DNA of 59,003 nucleotides, counting the filler, from Basidiobolus ranarum (Eukaryota): NCBI GenBank assembly GCA_040143965.1. It is 9 parts of 9 records of this genome, joined end to end, with 100 filler letters (N's around TTAATTAATTAA, not from the genome) between each part and the next. Parts side by side here need not be neighbours in the genome. Positions count along the whole stretch, not along the records: positions 46,015 to 52,464 come from JASJQH010001314.1; positions 52,565 to 59,003 come from JASJQH010001315.1; 7 more parts are not named here. One strand, 5' to 3'. Made by a program: the position numbers and the translations under genes. Under the pieces are notes generated by a model. That model worked only from the letters and a program-made list of their open reading frames with translations, did no database searches and was not told the DNA's origin. This document shows, piece by piece, positions 50,292 to 59,003 of this stretch. Numbering within the stretch: the first letter of the stretch is position 1; each line of letters opens with the position of its first letter.

Positions 50292-50850
50292 GTTTATGAG
50301 CTCCAAGCTAGCTGCAAAAGGAATTTCTACCGGTACTATTACCAATGTTTTTGAATCCACAGAGAAGTTTAAAAGTAAAGACTGTCATTTTTGAAAGTTC
50401 AAGATGCAAATGGTGCTAGAAGACAAAAACCTTTGAGGATTTGCTACAAAGAAGAAATATGGCCAAAGGGACCACCAGAGGCTATCCTTGCTTTTAACAA
50501 GATGCAGTGGAAAGCACTCTTTACTCTTTTTCTAGATCTCAGAGACTCACAATTGAGGCTCATACGCTCAGCCAAAAATGTCTAAACTGCATGGGAAACA
50601 CTTGAAGAACTATATGAGACACAAGGTTGGGCTAATAGGCTAATTGTTAGGCAAAAACTATTTTCAATTAGGATGAATTTGATAACTTTATGGCTGATCT
50701 TATAAATTGAATACTACTATAGCAGATGAGCTCTCATCCATTGGAATTCCTCTCCATGAAGATGACTTAGTAATGACACTACTTGGGAGGCTGCCAGACA
50801 AGTTTGGGAATCTCCTCAATGCCCTAGAATCAAGATTGGAGCCATTAAGA
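50292..50850 (+). mobile_element. Second family D PBS + gag directly after the 3' LTR (tandem element sharing an LTR)
   Basis: ATCA|GTTTATGAGCTCCAAGCTAGC then MSSKLAAKGISTGTITNVFESTEKF...DDLVMTLLGRLPDKFGNLLNALESR. Confidence 0.85.
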
Positions 50851-51749
50851 TGCTTCAATATTGGAGCCCCTAGTATGAAATCAACTATCTGCAGTAATAG
50901 ACTTGTTCCATTAGACCAGGTCAGACTGTGCCATCCAATCCAGCCTGATATCACACCATCTGGCACAATCTGTCAGTTACCATGGCTAGGTCGTATAACA
51001 CTCAATCAGACACTATAAGGAACAATATGGCACTATTCCACCATAATTGGTCACAATAATTTTTTTGGAGTTACTGTGCCAGCCTGTACCAAGCTACCCA
51101 ATTTAGTATTACCAAATTAAGATTATGGGTAACTGACAAAGCAAGTTCATCCCCTAGTTTGTAACTTACCAATCACTGTATTTGCAACAATAAACAATTT
51201 ATACTATAACTTACCCAATCAAATATAAAACCAAGACATTGATATTGTTTTGGGCAAATCATTTGTCACTAACTAACACAATATCCTGATATTTGATTGG
51301 GCCCAATGGCTCCTGTATTATGAAATACCGGTAGTTTTGCCACACTGGTGACAAGTTACATCACTTGATGATGGACAGATCTGCTGTATGTCAGTAACAA
51401 TCTTGATTGCTTAATTCATCATTTTTAGATCAGCAAATTATTCATTCAATCATGTAGGCTTCTAATTGGGTGACAATGTGAATGGATTGAGCTGTATTGA
51501 GCTAATACAGCTGCACAAGCCTTTTATTGACAGACATTTTTCATTCAATTGTAGTGAAATTGCTTCTATTAATAGGCTATCATTACTTTTTTTTGATATG
51601 ATAATTTCACACTATCAGTGTTTGATAAAGATATCAGCAATCATGATCCAAATAAAGAAACTTATGCCATATTTAGCTGTAATCCATATCAATTTTGTAT
51701 GATGTACTAAACAGTAAAGATAGGATAATGTAGGTATTGACAGGAGCAT

Positions 51750-52464
51750 TCAGCAGTTGCCCAGGTTTGAAGTCATACATGCTGATTTGCTTCTGTTATT
51801 TTTGTTTTCTCCTTGGTATTTCCACAAAAGAAACTCTGCTTCAACCTCTGCACTGAGCATGCATGTGTCTGCAGTCACATGGCAGTATGTGTTGGAGCAA
51901 GTCATCTACCTTGTGGTTTGTGTTTGGTGGTTATTGCTTCTTCAACCACAGTGGAAGCTTCATCTCTTTTGACTGGCCATTGCTGTGGTTGCATTCCAGT
52001 ACATGTTGGAGCAAGTCATATACCTTGAGGTTTGCATTTGGCAGTTTCTGCCTCTTCAACCATGGTAGAAGCTTCATCTCTTTTGACTGGCCGCCATGAC
52101 CTCTGTTGCATGGTGGAATGCATTGGAGCATATTGTCTACCTTGAGGTTTGTGTTCAACTGTTGTGACTCCTTCAAGCTCAGTAAGAGCTTCACTCTCTC
52201 TCTAAAGAACCCATTTGTCTTGGTCTCATGGTGGTACAAATTGTAATGAATTGCTGTCTTAGTAGATTGCTCTCAGGTGTCAGATCTTCATCCAACAAAG
52301 TGGAATGTTCAATAATTCTTGCGGTTTGCCTTTGTTGCTGTTGTGCGGTAGTATGCATTAAACTGGTATGTCTTTCTGGCGGCATGCTCCTTGGAGCTGA
52401 CTCATCTCCAGATGTAAAAAGCTCACTGGTTGGTTTGGTTGAATCAGGTAAATTGCATGCTATG
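51750..52464 (-). repeat. Second copy of the CACTA-associated repeat ORF region
   Basis: Colinear with 21190-21790; ~117-bp internal tandem units. Confidence 0.75.
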
Positions 52465-53764
52465 NNNNNNNNNNNNNNNNNNNNNNNNNNNNNNNNNNNN
52501 NNNNNNNNTTAATTAATTAANNNNNNNNNNNNNNNNNNNNNNNNNNNNNNNNNNNNNNNNNNNNAATGGCAATAGTACATAGATTCTGGCAATGGCAATA
52601 GGAATATTTCAGAATCAATGCGTTTAAGTCTCGGCTATTTCTAGATTTGTCATCCCATATCAATGTTTGGTGCGTGCTGATAAGGAATAAAAAAAAATAT
52701 AGGATTTTTTGCCTATTTGGATTAAGCTAAAATTAACTTAGCTCATAGGTTGACCTGTGATTTGATAAGGAGTTGTGGTATTAAGCTCAAACCAATAAAT
52801 CCAAAGCATATACAATAAATCAATGGGCAATTAGCAAGATAATGGTCCACCAACAACGAAGCTAAAGTGAAAACAACGTTGCGATAGGGAACGCTTCCGA
52901 CCTGGCTAATCGGAACCAACTTGCTGATAAATCAAGCAATGGGATAGAACCTCAACTCCACACCGGTCGTATGTTATGATTGCAAGTGGTTTGTTTGATG
53001 GTAAGATAACATACCTACGGAACTACTAAATAGCCGATTGTATCTGGATCATGTTATTCTGACTACTAGCTTACAAGCTTAAATTTAAGCTAAATTGAAG
53101 CCAAACCCCAAAGCTTAATCTGAAACGTCAGCTGTAATATATCAAATGATACAATTTAAACCTCTCTCTACGCAGAGTAAGAGTAGAGTAATTTTATCCG
53201 AATAGAAAACTGAAACGGCTAAATACGGACATTACATTCACCATAATCGAGATTGAGGAGTAGCTATAGCCATGTTCTTGGGGGCTAGGACGGGATTGGG
53301 CGGTTTATTATAATTAGTCATTCCAATTGGCTATACTAATTGGATCTCTAAAGTAGAGATGGTTGTATGACTTTTATGTACTGCATCTTAATAAATAAAT
53401 TATTACGAGGATATTGAATGACGAAATGAACCTCTATAGTCTATATTATCATTGATCACATCCGAACGGCCCGTAACGGAAATCTCTGCCGTGTTATTTT
53501 CAACGTGGGACTCAATTAACAGAAGCTAGTCTTCGATCAATTGGCGAAAAATATCCTCGGTGACGGGATTGAGTAGGACCGAGGTCTGGTTCTGCTTTAG
53601 AATAAAAGCACAACGAAGATCCTCTAAACTCCATATCACATTTCTTAGACCTCTTTCAGAGATTCCCCTCATACATACATCTGCATCAGCTTGATTAACA
53701 TATCATATACCAATTGTCCTAGAGGGCATCTTTCGTATTACTATACCTATAAATTAATTATTTG

Positions 53765-56700
53765 ATGGACCGCAACAACAACTTATCGACTACTGACGAT
53801 AGTCACAGTGCCCATAGCGAAGGCACTGCTACATCAGAGATATTCGACGCTACTAAGGAAAAGAATCCTCGTGCTCATTTCGAACGCCCTACAAGTGATT
53901 GGGGTGAAGGTGAACCTAATATCGATGTTCTAGGAGCCACTGGTGACTATGAGGATCTTAGACGCGAGCTTTCTCGTATCTCTACTATACATCGGGTCAC
54001 CACCGCTCATTCTTCAGAAGCTACTCTTGAAGAGGGTCCTGCCGGAGACGACTTCGACTTGGATGATTTCCTCCAATCAGTAGTACTTAAGAGTGATGAA
54101 GCCGATATCAAGCAAAAGCGAATTGGTCTCACTTTCAAAAATCTTACTGTTGTTGGTGATAAAGTCGGAAAAATTTACGCACCTGATTGTGGTACTCCAT
54201 TCCAAGGTATCGCCAATCTTTTCAATCCTTCAGCCTGGAGGAAAAAGGAGAAGGTTGTCTCGGAAGACGAGGGCAGAGTTATCTTACATGATATCGATGG
54301 CTTCTGTAAAGATGGTGAAATGATCTTCGTTCTTGGTAGACCTGGTGCCGGTTGCTCTACTCTTTTAAGAGTTTTAGCTAACGAACGCAAACAATACAAG
54401 AAGATCACCGGTGAAGTAAGTTATGGTGGTATTTCAGCTGAAGAATTCAGCAAGAAATACGTAGGTGAAGTTGCCTACAATCCAGAAGATGATTTCCATT
54501 TCCCTACTTTGACGGTAAAGGAAACCATGGACTTCGCTCTCAAGTGTAAGACTCCCGGAAAGCGTCTTCCTGACGAAACAAAGAAATCTTTCGTACAAAA
54601 CGTTCGTGATACTTTACTGAAGATGTTCGGTTTGTCTCATACCTTGAACACCTTGGTTGGTAACGAATATGTTCGTGGTGTGTCTGGTGGTGAACGTAAG
54701 CGTTTATCCATCGCTGAACAGATGGCTGCTCGTGCTGCTATCAATCTTTGGGATGGTAGTACTAAGGGTTTAGATGCCTCATCTGCTTTGAGCTACGTCA
54801 AATCTCTTCGTATCATGACCAACATCATGCACAAGGCCACTTTAGTAACCATCTATCAGGCTTCCGAGAGCATTTATCAGGAATTCGACAAAGTTCTCCT
54901 ATTGGATCAAGGGCGTTGTGTGTACTTCGGTCCTGCTCAAGAGGCTCGTGAGTACTTCACCAAACTCGGTTTTGAGAGCAATCCTCGTCAGACCACATCT
55001 GACTTCTTGACAGCTATCACCGACGCTCATGAACGTAAAATCATTCCAGGTATGGAGAAGATTGCCCCACAAACTCCCGAGGAGTTGGAGAGAGCTTACA
55101 AGAACTCTAGCCTTTGCCAAAGAATGCTCCTAGAAAGAGCTGAATACGAAAGCTATTTGGCAAACAATTCACCCGATAAGGAGTTCCGTCAGCATGTTTC
55201 TGAATCAAAACAGAAGAATGTCCCCAAAAAATCCCCCTATACTACCTCATATGCCCAACAAGTCAAGGCCTTGACTCTTCGTCAGTTCCAATTGACTTTT
55301 GGTGATCGTGCGGCCTTAATTTCTCGTTATACCTCCATTGTGGTCAAGTCTGCTATTGTTGGTTCTGTATTCTTGCTACTACCCACTGATACAAGCGGTG
55401 CTTTTACTCGTGGTGGTGTTCTGTTCTTTGCCCTTCTGTTTAACTCTCTCGTTGCCCAAGCCGAAATTCCAACTGCCATGAGCGGTCGTTCAATTCTTTA
55501 CAAACACAAGTCATTCGCTTTCTACTATCCAAGTGCTTTCTACATTGCTCAAATGGTTGCTGATATCCCCTTCATGCTGGTTCAAATTCTTTTATTCTCA
55601 TCGGTTTTATACTGGATGGCTGGTCTTCAAGCAGATGCAGCAAAATTCTTCATGTTTATGTTTATTTTGTTGATATCTAGTTTCAGTTTAACCGCCTATT
55701 TCCGTATGTTTGCTGCATTCTCAAAGGACTTCGATACTGCATCTCGTTACTCTGGCTTGGTTTTAATGGCCTACCTTTTGTACACCGGTTACTTGATTCC
55801 TAAGACTCAGATGCACCCATGGTTCGTTTGGATTTTCTGGATTAATCCTCTTGCCTACGGTTTCAAGGCGTTGATGTCAAATGAGTTCAAGGGATTAAGG
55901 TTTATCTGTCAGGATAGCGCACTGGTTCCCCACGGCCCTGGATACACCGATATTAACTATCAAGCTTGTACCCTAGCTGGAAGTCGTCCTGGTGAAAACT
56001 TTGTCGATGGCCCTGCCTATATGGATAAAGCACTTGGATACAATGCTGATGATATGTGGATTGATTTCGTTGCTGTTCTCTGTTTCTGGATTTTGTTCTC
56101 TATTCTTGCCATGCTTGCTATGGAATTCAAGACATTCGGTAAGGGTGGTTTCACCTTAAACATGTTCAAACGTTCCAAAGAATCCGATTATACTAGCAAA
56201 TCCGTTGGACCCGAATCCCATGTCCAAGTTGAAGCTAAAATGGAAGACATTGCTCTTGAAGGAACTACCTTCACTTGGCATGATATTGACTACGTCGTTC
56301 CAGTCAAAGGCTTCCCCGATGGTAAACAGTTACTTCACAAAATTGATGGATGGGTTAAGCCTGGTCAACTTACTGCTTTGATGGGCTCCTCTGGTGCTGG
56401 TAAAACTACTTTGTTGGACGTTTTAGCTCAACGTAAATCTATTGGTAAGGTGACTGGCCAAATTCTAGTAGATAGCCGTCCTCTTGGTGCCGATTACCAA
56501 CGTACTACTGGTTATTGTGAACAAATGGATGTCCATAACCCTGCTGTTACTGTTCGTGAAGCACTTCAATTCTCTGCTACTCTTCGTCAACCCCAAGAAG
56601 TCCCTCAATCTGAGAAAGATGCTTATGTTGAAGAAATTATCCGTCTTCTGGAAATGGAAGGTATTGCTGAAGCTCTCGTCGGTGAAGTCGAAACTGGTAT

Positions 56701-58147
56701 TGGAATTTCAGTTGAACAACGTAAACTCTTAACCATTGGTGTTGAGTTGGTAGCGAAGCCCAAACTTCTTTTCCTCGATGAACCTACCTCCGGTCTTGAC
56801 GCCCAAGCTGCTTTCAATATCATCCGTTTCATGCGCAAATTGGCCGACCAAGGACAAGCTGTTCTTTGCACCATTCATCAACCTAGTGCTGTTCTCTTTG
56901 ACTTCTTCGATCATTTATTACTTCTCGCTCGTGGTGGTAAAACCGTTTACTTCGGTGACTTAGGCACTGATTCTAAGATTTTATTGGATTTCTTTGAAAA
57001 GAATGGTGGACCCAAATGTTCTCCTAGTGCCAATCCCGCTGAATATATTTTGGATGTTGTTAACGACAAGAAACGTGGGTTAGACTGGCCTTCTATCTGG
57101 CAAAACTCCCCCGAAAAGCTAGAGGTTCAAAAAACTTTGAACTCTATTAAGCCTACCGAATTGACTTCACAAGAAAAGCATGATCAACATGAATATGCCA
57201 CACCTTTGAAAACTCAGTTACGTGTTGTCGGTCGTAGAATGTTTACATCCTGGTGGCGTAATCCTACTTACAACTTTGGTCGTACTATGTTCTGTTTGAC
57301 TTTCTCCCTTCTCCTTGGTTTCTCGTTCTGGCAACTTGGTAACACTCAAATGGATCTTCAACTTCGTAATTTCGCCATTTTCCAATCTCTCGTCATGGGT
57401 GTCATCTTTATGAATTTGGCTCAACCTAGATACATTGATGAGCGTAATGTTTACAATCGTGAGAACTCCAGTAAAATGTACGGTTGGAAGCCTTTCTGGA
57501 TCTCTATCATGACTGCTGAGTTACCTTTCTTACTTGTGACCGTTACCGTATTCTGGCTTGTCTTCTACTGGGTTAGTGGATTCAATGGTGATTCTGGTCG
57601 TGCCTTCTACGCCTGGATTATGTACGTCATCTTCGGGTTCTTCTGCGTATCCTTGGGACAAATGATCTCTTCATTCTCTACATCGAAGCAGATGGCAGCT
57701 CTCCTCAATCCTTTCTTCTTCTCTATGTTGAATTTGTTCTGTGGTGTTGTTGTTCCATATAATGCCCTTCCAGGTTTCTGGAAAGCCTGGATGTATTGGA
57801 TCGATCCATTCCATTACTGGGTTGAAGGTTTGGTTGTCAATGAACTTCATGGTCTTGAAGTCCGTTGTGCCAGTAATGAGTTTGTGACATTCAACTCTCC
57901 AGCTGGTCAAACATGTGCCCAATATGCTGCCAACTTTTTGAGTCGTGCACCTGGATATCTAAGCAATCCTAATGATACCACTGGTTGTCAATACTGCTCT
58001 TACTCTCTAGGAGATACTTTCTACGAACCACTTCAATGGAGTTTCGATCACCGCTGGCGTAATTTCGGAATTATGGTCGGATTTTGGGTGTTCAATCTTT
58101 TGTTCACCGGTTTCGTCATCTCGAAGTTCCGTAGTAACCGTCGTTAA
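53765..58147 (+). CDS. Full-size pleiotropic drug resistance (PDR, ABCG) transporter, intronless, 1460 aa
   Basis: NBD1-TMD1-NBD2-TMD2; degenerate Walker A GRPGAGCST with VSGGERKR; NBD2 GSSGAGKTT, SVEQRK, FLDEPTSGLD; NPAEY and Cys-rich extracellular loops. Confidence 0.97.
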   Translation: MDRNNNLSTTDDSHSAHSEGTATSEIFDATKEKNPRAHFERPTSDWGEGEPNIDVLGATGDYEDLRRELSRISTIHRVTTAHSSEATLEEGPAGDDFDLDDFLQSVVLKSDEADIKQKRIGLTFKNLTVVGDKVGKIYAPDCGTPFQGIANLFNPSAWRKKEKVVSEDEGRVILHDIDGFCKDGEMIFVLGRPGAGCSTLLRVLANERKQYKKITGEVSYGGISAEEFSKKYVGEVAYNPEDDFHFPTLTVKETMDFALKCKTPGKRLPDETKKSFVQNVRDTLLKMFGLSHTLNTLVGNEYVRGVSGGERKRLSIAEQMAARAAINLWDGSTKGLDASSALSYVKSLRIMTNIMHKATLVTIYQASESIYQEFDKVLLLDQGRCVYFGPAQEAREYFTKLGFESNPRQTTSDFLTAITDAHERKIIPGMEKIAPQTPEELERAYKNSSLCQRMLLERAEYESYLANNSPDKEFRQHVSESKQKNVPKKSPYTTSYAQQVKALTLRQFQLTFGDRAALISRYTSIVVKSAIVGSVFLLLPTDTSGAFTRGGVLFFALLFNSLVAQAEIPTAMSGRSILYKHKSFAFYYPSAFYIAQMVADIPFMLVQILLFSSVLYWMAGLQADAAKFFMFMFILLISSFSLTAYFRMFAAFSKDFDTASRYSGLVLMAYLLYTGYLIPKTQMHPWFVWIFWINPLAYGFKALMSNEFKGLRFICQDSALVPHGPGYTDINYQACTLAGSRPGENFVDGPAYMDKALGYNADDMWIDFVAVLCFWILFSILAMLAMEFKTFGKGGFTLNMFKRSKESDYTSKSVGPESHVQVEAKMEDIALEGTTFTWHDIDYVVPVKGFPDGKQLLHKIDGWVKPGQLTALMGSSGAGKTTLLDVLAQRKSIGKVTGQILVDSRPLGADYQRTTGYCEQMDVHNPAVTVREALQFSATLRQPQEVPQSEKDAYVEEIIRLLEMEGIAEALVGEVETGIGISVEQRKLLTIGVELVAKPKLLFLDEPTSGLDAQAAFNIIRFMRKLADQGQAVLCTIHQPSAVLFDFFDHLLLLARGGKTVYFGDLGTDSKILLDFFEKNGGPKCSPSANPAEYILDVVNDKKRGLDWPSIWQNSPEKLEVQKTLNSIKPTELTSQEKHDQHEYATPLKTQLRVVGRRMFTSWWRNPTYNFGRTMFCLTFSLLLGFSFWQLGNTQMDLQLRNFAIFQSLVMGVIFMNLAQPRYIDERNVYNRENSSKMYGWKPFWISIMTAELPFLLVTVTVFWLVFYWVSGFNGDSGRAFYAWIMYVIFGFFCVSLGQMISSFSTSKQMAALLNPFFFSMLNLFCGVVVPYNALPGFWKAWMYWIDPFHYWVEGLVVNELHGLEVRCASNEFVTFNSPAGQTCAQYAANFLSRAPGYLSNPNDTTGCQYCSYSLGDTFYEPLQWSFDHRWRNFGIMVGFWVFNLLFTGFVISKFRSNRR

Positions 58148-59003
58148 GTTCAACGAACATTTAGAGAACATCTATACATCCCTTAATCCATCCATATTTT
58201 CCATTAATTTGCATATCACCTTTTTGGAGTTTCATTAATGTACCCCACTATTATTGGAAATTATATCATTGTATTTTCCATATAAATTAATTTTGGAATA
58301 AATATTTCATATCTGCAAATCTTTTCGTGAATCTTGACCAATCCACTCGCGCTAGTAATGTACATGACATCTCCAAATATGGCAATTAGAATACAATGAC
58401 ATATTGTATAGATATATCGGGAGCTACACCGGATTTAGATATATTGAGCTTCGGATAAGTTTATCCTTCATTTACTAATCAAATAGCTCTAAATAACTTC
58501 TCACTTGAAAACTGCTACCATTTACATGTTTGGTCGAGTAATTCTAAGACATACTAATTATACTTTAAAATTCCGCCGAAAATTTTCCCCATTTTGTCAT
58601 GGTATTCTAGTTCTTGTCCATTTTAAAATAGTTTGTTTCTTGGTTGATATTGAATTGTATACATTCTTCTTGCTTGTTAAAAGATTTTTTATCCATCGGG
58701 AGTATTATGATTGTCTCCATAGTTTTATAGATACTGTTGCTTCATGTCACAGTTTCTGCACATTTTGGAGGAGTTACAGTAAGTAAAGTAGTAATTAGCA
58801 TACTTGATATTACTTGTATTTTAGAATCTCTGCTACACTATTACATATGTAGAGCAAGGCCCTGGTATTATTGCCTAGTATGGAGTTGTGTTGTTTATGT
58901 CGAAGTTTAGTATCTTTATTGTATTTTTTATCTCTATCTTTATACATCTCACTATTCCCTACTTCACATCTAAGTTAGGTAGCATTATATAGTCAATTAT
59001 TGC

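Noticed and set aside
46591-50850. In-frame TGA/TAA/TAG in gag-pol as possible recoding or selenocysteine
   Set aside because: Stops are numerous, differ between copies and come with frameshifts, which indicates ordinary decay.
53762-53764. TTG start for the ABC transporter as given by the ORF track
   Set aside because: The next codon is ATG (53765), the normal eukaryotic start.

Overview
Eukaryotic DNA, most likely from an early-diverging (non-Dikarya) fungus. This is inferred from short GT-AG introns, a fungal PDR transporter, a hevein protein, PCCA and PLK4; the exact taxon cannot be read from the sequence. The window is not contiguous. It is nine unrelated ~6.4-6.5 kb contigs, sorted by decreasing length and joined by an artificial 100-bp linker (N44-TTAATTAATTAA-N44). 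Host genes: NAD-dependent epimerase-like gene, a full PLK4/SAK orthologue with cryptic polo boxes and PB3, a small membrane protein, Lgl/Sro7/tomosyn WD40 (truncated), a C8orf82-like gene, SNM1/PSO2 nuclease, KIN4-like kinase (first exon), propionyl-CoA carboxylase alpha, RPL37, a hevein plus mucin-like secreted protein, a decayed class-3 lipase and an intronless PDR/ABCG transporter. A large fraction is decayed, heavily nested Ty1/copia LTR retrotransposons (at least 4 LTR families) plus a CACTA/En-Spm transposase relic. Most interesting: (1) in five copia copies from two LTR families, the AUG inside the half-tRNAiMet primer-binding site is in frame with Gag and followed by a synonymously conserved PKLAL peptide, suggesting one codon serves both as Gag start and as RT priming site; (2) the centriole-duplication kinase PLK4 in a fungus; (3) repeated self-nesting of copia elements with readable TSDs; (4) strong CpG depletion confined to repeats.
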